This document shows positions 13,620-25,811 of a DNA stretch of 64,000 nucleotides, in pieces (the first letter of the stretch is position 1; each line of letters starts with the position of its first letter). The stretch covers positions 3,968,001 to 4,032,000 of the forward strand of contig CM030337.1 of NCBI GenBank assembly GCA_017654855.1. Reading direction: 5' to 3'. A program made the position numbers and the translations under genes. The stretch comes from Podospora anserina. Lineage: Eukaryota. Under the pieces are notes generated by a model that was not told where the DNA came from, did no database searches, and saw nothing but the letters and a program-made list of their open reading frames with translations.

Positions 13620-15215
13620 ATGGGCCAACAGGAGAAAGAACCAGAGATCACGGTGGAACAACTCCCAGACCTCCTTGCCAACGACAATGCTGTCAAGCTC
13701 GCCGGTGTCGATGTTGACGGCCAGCTCCGCGGCAAGCTCGTCTCCAAGAAGAAGTTCCTCTCGATCGCAAAGAGTGGCTTTGGCTTCTGCTCTGTCATCT
13801 TCGGCTGGGATATGCACGATATGACTTATGTGCGCGAGCTCAAGGTCAGCAACAAGGAGAATGGATACAGGGATATTATCGCAGTGCCGGACTTGCAGAG
13901 CTACAGGCGCATTCCATGGGAAGACAATGTGCCGTTTTTCCTGGTCAGCTTCTTTGATCCTGATACGAAGAATTCCGTTTCTGCGTGCCCGAGAGGTCTG
14001 GTCAAGGCGCAACTCGAGAAGTTCAAGACGATCAATGTTGGAGCCATGGCGGGAGGTATGTTGATATCTGCTGCGCCGGTGTTTTTGCAAGTAACAGTCA
14101 CTGATGTGTCGGGCGCGCAGCCGAGTACGAGTTCTACCAGTTCAAGAGCCCTTCCAACAACCAAAACGATAGCTTGACCTCTGGTACCGCGGCATTCTTG
14201 CAACAAAACCCGCCACATAGTCTACCCGCTCTGACTGAAGGCATGTTTGGTTACAGCTTGACGAGACCGGTCCACAACAGCGGGTACTACTACGACGTCT
14301 TTAACAGCTGTGAGGCTTTCAGGTGCAACATCGAGGGGTGGCATACCGAAAGTGGACCGGGAGTCTACGAAGCAGCGCTCGAGTTTGGTGAGGCAGCGCA
14401 GATGGCAGATCGCGCGAGTTTGTTCAAGTATGTGGTCAAGTCGGTCGCGACCAAGTACGACATCACCCCATGCTTCATGGCAAAACCCAAGCAAGGCCTG
14501 CCCGGAAACAGTGGGCACATGCATATTTCGCTCGTCAACCACCGCGGGGAAAATTTGCTGTTCCGTGGAGGAAAGGACGAGAAGGCTCAGTACTCAGACA
14601 TTGAGTCTCTGTCGGACTTGGGAAGACACTTTTTGGCTGGTATTCTGGAAGGTCTGCCAGATGTCATGCCCATGGTAGCGCCCACGATCAACAGTTACAA
14701 GCGGTTGGTGGAGAACTTTTGGGCTCCTGTCACGGTGTCATGGGGCCTTGAGCACAGAGCGGCTTCCATCCGGCTCATTGCGCCTCCTACCTGCAAGCCG
14801 GCTGCCACGAGATTCGAGATCCGGGTTCCTGGCGCAGACGCAAACCCATACTACGTCATGGCTGCCATGCTGGCACTCGGCTGGCGCGGTATCGAGAAGA
14901 AACTGGAGATTCCGTGCCCTCCGCTTGGAAAGGGCGAGGAAGTCGGCGGTGAGTCGGATAAGGGGGTGAGACTGGCCAAGAACCTCAAGGAGGCCAACGA
15001 CCGGTTCACTCGCACCGGCAGCATCGCGAGGGAGGTGTTTGGTGACGAGTTTGTGGACCACTTTGGTGGTACAAGAGAGCACGAGATAAGACTGTGGGAT
15101 GAGGCTGTTACTGATTGGTGAGTTTGGACTAACTCTGTCCCGAGCATCTGGTGCGCAGTGAGACAATTGCTGACCAAGATATAGGGAGATGAAGCGTTAT
15201 ATCGAGACTGTGTGA
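13620..15215 (+). CDS. Type I glutamine-synthetase-like protein, probable gamma-glutamyl-amine ligase (exons 13620-14055, 14121-15117, 15185-15215)
   Basis: D.DGQLRGK, AEYEF, HTESGPGVYE, FMAKP..GLPGNSGHMHISL, PTINSYKRL, SWGLEHRAASIR, RFEIRVPGADANPY, and C-terminal VTDWEMKRY after two introns are spliced. Confidence 0.9.
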
Positions 15216-15827
15216 GACAAGCATGGCCTGGCTCATTCATGATCTAGAATGGGATCTGGATAGGATGTGTGGATGATGAGAGATGTGGTGATGCGATCGA
15301 TACCCCTAATGATTAATCACACCGCTGCTATTGACATGTTTACATATGCCTATCTTGCCTGCCGTTGATTGTTTTGAGAGAGGGCCGGGTAAATACACTC
15401 GCGGCAAGGCGGCTATCGCATTTGCATGCCCCGATCTTGGAGGGTGGGTTCTCGAAGGCTGCTGAGGAAAATGGTCCACCCTTCCGCTTCTTGGCTAGCC
15501 CACCTGGGCGATAGCATCATCCTGGACACCCTGGCTGGGGCCCCGGATTTATAGGGACTCGGATGAACTGCCGTCCCCTGTTGGCAGCAAGAAGGTCCAA
15601 CGGGGCCAGGCGAAGCGGGGCACACCCTTGCTGAACCAAACTTCTCGCTGGTGCCGGGACGCCTATCAATTCCCGACGGTTGTATCTTCGGTGACAATCC
15701 TACCGACAGCTTGACATTGTAATAAATGGCTGCCGCCGCCCCGGGAATCCAATCGGGTCGGTGACAATTTTTGGCGACTTTCTCCAGGTTTCGTTTTTCA
15801 CAGTGGTGTTGACTGCTTGTCTTTCCA

Positions 15828-17859
15828 ATGGCTCTCACAACAGCTTACTCCGGTGCGCCGGCCGGGAGGATGCCCTTTGACAACGCCTTCGGGTTTACCT
15901 TTAGCCAACCGTTCCAGCACGAAAGCGACTTCACTCCGGCAAACCACCGGGTGCCCAAGGTGAATGACGAGCAGCCTATTTTTGTGGACAACAAGTCTGG
16001 TATGTTATCGTCAGCTGATGTTGGCTTATATGCGCATAAATCTGCTGTGCGACTCTCTCTCTCAGCCAGTTGCTAGACTAACATGCTTCTCTTTGTGGTA
16101 CCTAGGTCGCGCATTAACCTACTCCCAAATCCGCGCCGATTCTCTTGCCTTGGCGTCCGGCCTGTTGAGCCTCCCGAATCTCGACCCGACCGAAATCAAG
16201 AAACTCCCTCCCACACCATCATGCCCCCAAGGCCCAGAGATCGCGCCGGTGGTGTTGATTCAACTACCGAATTGCCTCCCCTTTGCGCCTATTCTCCTGG
16301 GTACTTTTGCCTCGGGGTTCACGGCTACGCTTGTCTCGCCTGCCCTGACGGCGGATGAGGTTGCCTGGATTTTGCAAAATGCCAAACCGAGGGTCATCAT
16401 CACTGCGACGGCGTGCTTGGAGGCTATGAAGGCCGCTATTGGGAAGCAAGAAGGGGATCAGAGTTTCTGGAATGGGGTGCCAGTGTTTACCGTTGATGCT
16501 GTCAACGATACCTACCCTCTGGCGTTCTCGGGACAGTCAAATCCCCAAGATTGGAGACAACTCCTGCAAGCGAAAGGGAAGCCATCCGTCCAGCCAAATC
16601 AGCGGCTTAACGAGCAGCAAGCCAAAGCCCGGACGGCGGTTATCCTCTGGTCATCCGGCACATCAGGCAGATCAAAAGGTGTTCTCCTCTCCCACCACGC
16701 CCTCAACTTCGCCACCGCCTCCCTCTGGCACGACGCCGATTATTATCCTCCTAGCGGCCCGCAGCGCTGGCTGGGGTTTGCCCCGTTTTACCACGTCTTT
16801 GGCCTCTGCAATGTTTTCCTCTTGGGCATCGCCGCCGGGGCGAGGGTGTTTATCATGCAGGGGTTCAAACTCCCGGATATGCTCGAGGGGATAAAGAAGC
16901 GTCAGATCACGTACGTGCACATGTCGCCTCCTGTCGCGGTGATGCTGGCCAAGGCGGAGGTGGTGGAGGAGTATGCCAAGCGAGACCCAAAGACGGGGAA
17001 GAACGGGTTTAGCTCTGTTGTCGGGGCGGTGACGGGGGGTGCGCCGCTGGGGCATGAGGTGGTTGTGCAGGTGTACAAGAGGTGCGGGTTTAGGATTCGG
17101 TTGGGGTACGGGCTGAGCGAGACTTGCAGTACGGCGTTGCAGAGGGGGTTGGGGGAAAGGGAGATGGGGGAGCAGGCGGGGGATACGGGGTTGCCGCATT
17201 GGGGGGTGGAGGTCATGATTGCTAGCGGGGAGGGGTATGCGACCAAGGAAGGGGAGAAGACGCCGGCGGCGGGGGTAGATGTGGAGGGGGAGGTGTTGGT
17301 TAAGGCGCCCGGGTTGATGTCGGCGTATCTGCCGGTGGGGCTGTTTTCGGGGGCGAAGCCGGACATGTCGGTTACGAATGAGGCGCTCACGGCGGATGGG
17401 TGGTTCAGGACGGGCGATGTCGGTGCCTTGTGCAAGGCGGGGAGGTTGAGGATCACGGATCGGTTGAAGGAGTTGATCAAGGTCAGGGCGTATCAGGTTG
17501 CGCCGGCTGAGCTGGAGGCGGTGCTCTGCAGTAGCGAGTCGGTCGGCGACGCTGGTGTGGTTGGTGTCTATGATGACGACGAGGCTACCGAGTGGCCTAG
17601 GGCTTTTGTCGTCCCTGCCGGCGGGAAGGAGAATAAGTCACGGGCTGATCTGGAGAAGCTGGCTGTTGAGCTGAAAGAGCTTGTGGAGAAGCGCACGGCC
17701 AAGTACAAGTGGCTGGTGGGTGGGATTGTGTTTATTGACCAGGTGCCCAAGAGTCCAAGCGGCAAGATTCTCAGAAGGCTGCTGAAGAGCGGTGCAGAAG
17801 GGACCAAGGGGGTCGAGATCAAGCTCTACGAGAAGAAAAAGAGGAGCGCCAAGTTGTAA
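15828..17859 (+). CDS. Peroxisomal acyl-CoA ligase (4-coumarate/phenylacetyl-CoA-ligase-like; intron 16000-16105)
   Basis: AMP-binding motif WSSGTSGRSKGV, GYGLSET, GWFRTGDVG, DRLKELIK, PKSPSGKILRR. C-terminal PTS1 KKKRSAKL. Confidence 0.9.
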
Positions 17860-17950
17860 AATAGGTATTAGTGTTTTCATTGTGTCGGTACACCTTTCAA
17901 TAAAGTGTAACTTGATGTTCATTGCCGTAGGTGTCCGTTTCGACACACCT

Positions 17951-19113
17951 TCATTCAGACTCGAAAATGACAGCACGCTTGGCCAACAGCGCTTCTTCTT
18001 CTGGGCGAATCAATTCGACCCGCAAATTCACAACTGCCCAGCGATAAGGCATAGGCCATTCCAGACGTTCATGATGTATATGTTGTCCAGTTCTCTTCCA
18101 AACTCTCCTGTTTACCATCCAGACCACACGTCTTATCAGGCTGTAAAGGTCGCTGGCACTAAGGAGAATATCGCGAGCCTGGTAGGGAAGTTGGCTTTTG
18201 TGCAGGCTCAAAGTTTCCTCAAGAACCCAATTAGCGACCTCTGTCCGACACTCATCGTTTGTGCAATACGATCCACGCGTTCCTCGAAGGGCATCGGGTG
18301 TCCTGAGGTCACGCTGCAGTGTTGTGTGATAAGAATCTAACAGCGTCTGGATTTTTGAGAGACGAACTTTGGCGATCCTCTCTGTGACACCTACCTTGTT
18401 AGCATGAAACTTTGCGCGACTGCCCTCGACTACGCACAGACAGGTGACTCGCCTTCCATATCAAGAGGACCAAAACGTAACTGGCGGAGCGGCGTCTTAT
18501 CCCCCTGGTCATTGTTGAATACCAGGACTCTGCTTTGCGGATCGATCCAGCAATGGTACACAATTTGAACAGTGTGAGCTCTGAAGACTCTCGAGAAGCC
18601 CAATTGCCAGGATAGAAATGCCTCAAACGGGCACCACCTGATGTCTTTGTAACCCTGCCACTTCACTTCCCCATTTCTTCCAAAGTCTACCAACGTGTGC
18701 TTCCACGGCGCGAGCAAGTGAGTCATTTGGTACTTGTCAGTGAGAAGCAGCAAGCCGTAGACCGCTTTCCTTGTCATGAGCTTCCTGGGGATCCTCCTGA
18801 CATGGAATTGGCAGTGGACGATTTGCAGGATGATTTCAAAGTCATCGGGGTCGTCCTCTGGCAGCGAAACCAGCCACTGCTCGCCTGCAGGTTTGGACTC
18901 TGCCGAAGGACCGAATAGCATTGCCTTGAATACTGGGGATGCACGGCGAAGGGCTGCCGGATCGACTCTGAAAGTGCGGGGGGTGGGGTCCGAGTCGGCT
19001 CCGACATGGAGAACAAGATCCCCGTCTGGATCGATTTCCTCGATGTGGAGTTTGTTGATGTCGACTGGCTTTGTGACATCAAGGCCTTCATCGGCGCTTT
19101 CCGGGGGCGACAT
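17951..19113 (-). CDS. BTB/POZ-domain protein A (apparently intact; GC-AG intron 18452-18391)
   Basis: IDPDGDLVLHVG, FRVDPAALRRASPVFKAMLFGP, LPEDDP, LLTDKY. Splicing joins the ORF to the 17951 stop in frame. Confidence 0.8.
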
Positions 19114-19569
19114 GATGACTTGTTGAGAAGCTCTTTTGTTGACTTTGGCACGAGAAAGAGAAGAGATCTGGATTGTAACTCCCGGATGAACATTGTGCGG
19201 AGATCAACGCAAGGTTCTGGAAATCGTGTCATTAACTTAAATTTTGGGTTGGCGTTGTGGCTCTGGGTGGCTTGAAGAACGAGGCAAGCTTCAGTTCAGT
19301 GGCGTAGAAAGGGCGTGACGCTGTGGGTTTAGCCAGCTGTCAAGACACTACTGTACGATCTTGTGATGGTGCGCGAGCCTCCATCTTGTCATGGGTCGAC
19401 AGTGTGTCTGCGATAATACGCAAAGGTCGGGTCCTGTTGTGCAGCAGCAAATGCCGCGGTCATGTGGCGTTGCTCGTTCAATACAGTTTTCGACATCCAA
19501 CCTAATAAGATGGCATGGGTTTTTTATAATATAAAACTCGGGTGGCTGTCACATATTTAACCAGTTGAG

Positions 19570-20518
19570 CACCGCTGCCTTTGCAGGTCTCCTGTGTTCA
19601 AGGCCATGCTCTTTGGTCCTTGGAAAGAGTCAAGCCCAGCAAATGGATCAGACTGGACCGTCACATTACCAAAGGACAACCCTTGTTGATTTTAGGCTCA
19701 TACTCAACATCGCACATGGCAATTTTACTGGTGTGTCAAGAGCCATCTCGTTTGGCGAAGAGCTTTACAACCTACTCATCCTTTGTGACAAATACGACCT
19801 GACAGCGTTGATCGGTCCCTGGGTTAGGATGTGGCTTCTCCTGTTTCACATTCAGCATGTGATGCCAGTACCAATGCTGCCATTCATCGTCTGGGCAGTG
19901 GGTGATTACAACCTTTTTATCACCATCTGCTGGCATATTGTGGAGAACTCCAAGGTTGACAAAGATACCGGTGGCCTCAGCTACAAGGGTCAACTGTTGT
20001 GCAACTACCGGCTTGGTTCGTTTGATATGGAAGTTTGGTACATCCATGAACCTATTGATACTGGTTAACTATCCTCGCTAACTGATATTCCGTCTCTTGC
20101 AATAGAGAGACTCATCCAACTAAGAGTCGAGCTCAATAGAGCGTGGATCACGCGGGCCTTTAAGGAACAGAGCGCACGTTTTCATCGCTACATGCTGGCA
20201 TCGAAACATTCCTTTAACAAGGGCGCGGGGGAGGTTGTGGTCGGTGTGAGCGCTCTGGGGGCGCGAGTTGGGGAATTGCTGGATTGGATGGCAGAGGGGT
20301 TTTATACTATCGTGAAAGAAAGTACTCGTGATCGTGTGTGGCCGGAGACTCTGATTGGAAACTGGAATTACGACAAACACTGGACTGTACGATGGGGAGG
20401 TCGTCTTGTGTCACCAGAGGACAGGGAATGGATGAACAATCGCAAGCGACGGCTTGAAGCCTATAGTATCCCTGAAAATAGTACTCACCTGAATTTGACT
20501 TTCTTACCTACTGCATGA
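19570..20518 (+). pseudogene. BTB/POZ paralogue B, 5'-truncated and frameshifted
   Basis: SPVFKAMLFGPWKES in one frame and WTVTLPKDNP* in another. ILNIAHGNF, LYNLLILCDKY, IGPW, WAVGDY and RLGSFDME follow in the 19565 ORF frame. No DGDL N-terminus. Confidence 0.7.
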
Positions 20519-20791
20519 TACCTTACCACATGCGAATTCATACCTGCTACACCGCGACAGGCAATGAGGTTAGGTAGAATCGCAGGTTGCTCCCGTCCCC
20601 TGTTGGCTTGATTGCTGTGAGTGGCCCACACAAAGTGGGAAAGAGCGCCGTCAAAACTAAAGCATTCACTCGCAGCCCTCATCTTCTGCCCAGAGATTTC
20701 CCCCTTGCAGCCGAAGCGACCTCCCGCAAACCTGGGTCAGGCTACATCTACCAACTCAACAACAACACCTCACCGACCAGATCGATCCAAG

Positions 20792-22114
20792 ATGTCGAGC
20801 GATCCAATCGGACTTACCGAGGGTCCTGGCAACCCGGTCGAAAAAGCCGTCGAGAACCAACAAGAAGCTGGCAACCAAGGAAAAGGTCGGACAAGCGAGG
20901 CCGCCGCTGTTGAGAAGACCGTTGCGCCTGCGACTGTTGTCGGCAAAAGCCCCGTCGTCGAGAACATTGATGAGGATGGCGATCTTGTCCTCCATGTCGG
21001 CCCCACTTCAAACCTGAGGGCATTCAAAATCGACTCCTCTACTCTTCGCCGCACCTCTGAAGTCTTCCGAGCGTGGATTTGCCGCTTGAGGACCGACAAA
21101 CCGAGCGATTCACAATGGGTATTCGACCTGCCGGAGGACAACCCCGCCAGTCTCAAAACCATCCTCCATATTGTCCACGGACAGTTTGACCAAGCCACAA
21201 AGACCATGGCGGAGAGCGACGGCAGTATGCTATACGAGCTGCTGGTGCTTTGCGACAAATATAACATGGCCTACATGATCAAGCCCTGGGCTAATGCATG
21301 GCTCAATCGCACCATCAAAGACACGCAAGATAAGCCCAGCTACTGGAAGCTTGCATTCATTGCTTGGGAATTAGGACGTTATGATCTATTCACCGAGAGC
21401 TGTCAAAATATCATCCTTACGTCCCAGGCTTCCCATGATGGAAGCGGACTAGTGGCCTATGGATGCCAGTTGGGTGATTGTCGCCTTGGCCCTCTCGAGA
21501 TGGAAGGTTTGTGCATGGTGGTGTTCATTAGCCGTTTCGTACTGCCGACTAACAGAAGAACGATAGAGAGATTCGAACCGATCAGATACGCGATTATTCA
21601 AGCCCTACTCGACTTCTACCACACTGAGGTCAAGGATCGTCTGCTTGGGAAGGTCCCTACCCACAGTCCCGTTCAACCTACTGCATCTCACTCTGTAGGG
21701 AGATCACCAACCCTGTCATTCGACAACACTCGCCAAACCTCATCTCGTTCCCCAATGACCAACACCGCGTGCAATCAGATTGTTCTGGGGGGCATCATCC
21801 AGGCCACCGTGACGCTACTACGGGGCTCAACCAAAACCGAGAATATGGACGCTGGAATCTTGGTCCTTCTTCCCACTGAGGCATCTGAGCTCAAGGATAG
21901 CCCTGCCAAGCTCATTGGACAGATGACTACTATCTTCCAAGCCGTTCAGCCATTGGGATATGGTCACGAGATCTGCCATCCTGCAGCCAGGTTTCTGTCT
22001 TTTCAGAAAACCATCAAGGAGTTCACGGCAGAGTGTAATAAAGGATGGGAGGGTCTGCTGTTGACTCCAGCGGATAAAGACAGACTGGCCAAGAGAAAGG
22101 TGCTCTTTGGCTGA
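20792..22114 (+). CDS. BTB/POZ-domain protein C (apparently intact; in-frame 60-nt intron 21507-21566)
   Basis: IDEDGDLVLHVG, FKIDSSTLRRTSEVF, LPEDNP, ILHIVHGQF, LYELLVLCDKY, IAWELG, RLGPLEME. Confidence 0.82.
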   Translation: MSSDPIGLTEGPGNPVEKAVENQQEAGNQGKGRTSEAAAVEKTVAPATVVGKSPVVENIDEDGDLVLHVGPTSNLRAFKIDSSTLRRTSEVFRAWICRLRTDKPSDSQWVFDLPEDNPASLKTILHIVHGQFDQATKTMAESDGSMLYELLVLCDKYNMAYMIKPWANAWLNRTIKDTQDKPSYWKLAFIAWELGRYDLFTESCQNIILTSQASHDGSGLVAYGCQLGDCRLGPLEMEGLCMVVFISRFVLPTNRRTIERFEPIRYAIIQALLDFYHTEVKDRLLGKVPTHSPVQPTASHSVGRSPTLSFDNTRQTSSRSPMTNTACNQIVLGGIIQATVTLLRGSTKTENMDAGILVLLPTEASELKDSPAKLIGQMTTIFQAVQPLGYGHEICHPAARFLSFQKTIKEFTAECNKGWEGLLLTPADKDRLAKRKVLFG

Positions 22115-22425
22115 GGCATTGTTCTTCGTATATAGGCCTTGTTCTAGATAGGTAGTTAAAACGCCTCTTGATCGTCTTGTCAAGTCTCCCGACTATCTCT
22201 AAAAGCCGATCAGCTATATTGTCAGACTTTGAGTCTCGTTGAATGTGTGTGCTGCCTATCTTTGAGGGAACCTTGTACAAATATTCTTGAGGGCCTATTC
22301 ACTCTCTTCATAGCTATGTAAATATCTTCAAAGACGTGATGACTAGGTATTTTTAAAGGCGTAGTCTGTATCTTTATAGAACTAAAGATTGTATCTAAGG
22401 TCTTTTGCCTATCTTTAAAGGTATA

Positions 22426-24304
22426 ACGTATATTATAAGCGAGTCGTATATATAAGCGAGTCGTATAGTCTCCACCACCCTACAACAACTATCCTCAATT
22501 ATACCGCAACAACATTAGGAAGCAACTACAATTATATCAGAAACGGCTGAATGAGATGATTCCCCAGCCTCCTGGCAAGTGCGCGCGTTATGGCCAGGCT
22601 TGCCGCACACACCACAGCACCGAACCGTCGTACGAGCCCCCCCTGCACTACCGCCATCCGGCTGTATTTCTTCCACTACCTCCCCACCCACGGCCTTCTG
22701 GTTTAGTAGATCCTGTACATCTTGCACAGTAAGTAATCCTCCGAGCCGTATACGTATTTTTTTAGCTCTCCGGCGCTTACTTAGTGCCTCATTGGCCTTA
22801 CGGAGCGAAGAGACCTCTGCCTATAAGAGGGCCACTTAGTATATTACAGTTATCGTACCCTTAATAAATTAATCTATAGCACCTAATATTAAAGTCGGGG
22901 AGCTATTTTAATAGTTAGTAATGCGAGTCTTAATAAGCGTTAAATGTAAGTTAGCTTTTCGGGGGCTTTATAGTGTTTAGAATATTTAAGGGAGTACCGT
23001 ACCCGGCCTTAAAGATAAGGGTATTAGCGTATAAAGCTTTATATTTAACTTAGAAAGTACCCTCTCTAGATCGTATAGTATAAAACTAATACCTATAAAG
23101 CTACCCTATATATTCTTCTCCGTTATAGAGGCGAAAAAAGCCTTATGGAAAGTATAAAGAAATTCGAGCTTACTTATATAGTTAATATATATACGTATTA
23201 AGCCCTCGATCTAGCGGCCGTACGCTTATTTTAGCGGCCTAAAGTAGCTAATATTAAGTGGCTAGAGGAAGTGGGAGGAGTATAGAGGTATATAAAGCGT
23301 AATAATATTATTCTATTAATAATAACGCTTGAATTTAATTAAATAGTAACTTTCGTAGCTATCGAGGATTAATAATTAGTATTTACCCTTCGTACGGGAT
23401 ACTATATAATAATCGAAATACTTAATTTAATTTAGGCCTACCGGATTAATAGTTTAGTTATTATTGGTAGTTACGATATATTAAGTAAATAGTAAATTAT
23501 ACTCGGTATATTAGTTAGTAAAGTAATATTATACAGTTAAAATAATAAAGGGCGGGATAGCCCAGTTAAGGGTATTAACTCCCTAGATTATTATTACTTA
23601 CTCGCGGTTATTAAGCTAAACTAGTTTTACTTTACTAAAGCCGTCCGAGATTATAATTACTATACTTACGAAAATAATATTTATTATAAACTTAGTCTCG
23701 TCGAAATTATAAATATTATTATCTATAATACCGTACTTAGCTTTAGTATTCCGTACGAGCGTAAACTACTCGGTAATAACCTTCGGATCCTCGTACTTAG
23801 CCCTTTAGTAATTGTATTTACGCGTAAAACGCGTACGGAGCTATAGTTAGCGTTTAACGAAGTTATGTGCCTAGAGCTTGCCAATAGGGGGCGCGTCGCG
23901 TACGCGTAGCAGTTGGTTGGCCATATCTTCTACACCACGTAACCTTGGTGGAAAAGCTCGCGTAGATAGCTCAATAATATAATAAATAATAGCCTCCTCT
24001 TCGGATTGAGTAAGCTTCTTCGATCTGGGCGTAGTATCGCGTCGTGCAGGCCGGCCGGCGCGTCGGTTAGAGAGAGTCATAGGTGGTACGTTGTAAAGCT
24101 TAGCTACAGCTTGGAGGCTTAATTTTTCGTCCTTTTGGAGAGCCTCAAGGGCTAAGAGTATCCTGGCTTCCTTTGAAGTAGGAGGCATGTTGGGTTGTGG
24201 AAAAAATTGATGTTAGGTGTAAGGAGGACGCGTCGTGGTGGAGACTGTACGACTCGCTTATATGTACGACTCGCTTATATGTACGACTCGCTTATAATAT
24301 ACGT
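22426..24304 (-). mobile_element. Fot1/pogo-family DNA transposon, RIP-inactivated
   Basis: TA target duplications at 22424-5 and 24305-6. TIRs ACGTATATTATAAGCGAGTCG... with internal direct repeats. Transposase N-terminus MPPTSKEARILLAL (24188) and C-terminal zinc knuckle CGVCGKPGHNARTC. The centre is TpA-rich with many stops. Confidence 0.93.
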
Positions 24305-24622
24305 TATTAACAATCTTCAAGGGCGCTTCGAATATTTTAAAAGGCCATCGACTGTATTCAAAGTCTTTAGACTACCTTGGCTATTCATCAAAGTGTTTGG
24401 CTATCCCTCAGCCCTTTATATCTCATTACATAAGATACATCAAGTTACACATGCCATCACTTCACCAGACATTTATCCCAGGCCTATCCCGCTTCCCCTG
24501 CATCACCTTAAACAGATTCGTCAAACTACCCTTGCCATGATGTTCAACACACATTGGTCCCAAACCTTTCCCGTTTCCTTTGAATTATCTCAATGTGGTC
24601 CTTACTGAGAAGGTTCTTCGTG

Positions 24623-25330
24623 TCAAACTGAAAGCCCGTGTGACACACCGCGACTGAAACTCATACAGGAAAGGTGGATTTCCGAAGTCTTGATGGGAAA
24701 TTTGAGATCCGCCCGGCTGAAATGAAGGGAACCCATGCGACGAAGCCCGCCAAAGATAGAAGCATCGCAGAGCTCCCTGCCCACGCTGGCAAAGGTTTGG
24801 TCCCCACTGTCGATGTTCCTCTTACAAACACGGCTGGTCGTGTAGGCAACCACCGTTTTGTATATCAAAGCTGCTAGGTCGTTCAGCACCAGCAACCGCT
24901 TCGCTGCAATATGCTCAAGCATATCAGTTGACAGAGGACCTATGTGGGCATGGTCGGCCAGGCATATGGCCTCATATGTCACTTTGTTGGTTGAGCCAAG
25001 GTTGGAATGGAGGATTATGTTTTTGAGAAACTGGGCGAAGGTGTCGGCATCTCCAAGTTCCCAGATTGAATGTTAACGCTGAAAGACCGTTAAGGATGCT
25101 GGGGAGTCTGTGGAGGTGGCAAGAGTCTTTCTCATGGGCGTCACCCACGGGGTCAAGAGGTGTATGATGTCATACTTTGTCGGCCAGATTCTTCCACGGC
25201 TTATCTGCAAATATGTCTGAATCGCGGCTGAAACATCATCATGCTTCAATGTAAACGTACCGTCAACAGTTGATGACTGGCGTCGTGGTCGAAGGTCGTG
25301 GTGGTGGACCAGGTGGTGGGATGACACGAA
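24623..25330 (-). pseudogene. BTB/POZ paralogue D remnant
   Basis: KYDIIHLLTPW and IGPLSTDMLEHIAAKR...LCDASIFGGL match the middle and C-terminal family motifs. Frameshifted, and the BTB N-terminus is lost. Confidence 0.6.
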
Positions 25331-25811
25331 GGCAAACAGGTGGGTGTTGACTGGAAGTCAACAAAGTGGCAGTGGGTTGCGGAAGGGGGTGACTCGCTCT
25401 TTCCTATTCCATTTGTGCTGGGCCCTAGAAGACAGCAGAACGATTCAATTCCTTCTTCCGAGCAAATCCTTCCGGCACGCCGCCTGTGGGGGTCCTACAA
25501 GATACCAACCTTTCACTGGCTCGGTCATTCAGACCGTTCGCCTCCGTCAATCGTCGACTTAACGGCCGATTCCGCTTGTTTGCCTTCTATTTGCTGCCCG
25601 AGGATAGGTCCCGGAACACTTGGTTTGGCGTGAAAGCAGCTTCCCGTCCTCGATCTGTTTGCCCATTTGCTAACAAAAATTGATATTGGCCAGGTCTCAG
25701 CGGGCGTTTACGTTAACTTTCAGACACCCGCAAAAACTGGTTCTCTTTTTCGCTCATTCCCACCTCTTACCTCCAACACCACCCACAACTCATCAACCCA
25801 AGGCCGTCGCT

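Noticed and set aside
13620-15215. Housekeeping glutamine synthetase or FluG
   Set aside because: The sequence is type I-like rather than eukaryotic GSII, and it lacks FluG's N-terminal amidohydrolase domain.
24247-24304. CRISPR-like short direct repeats (GTACGACTCGCTTATA x3)
   Set aside because: No spacers; they are internal repeats of a pogo TIR in a eukaryote.
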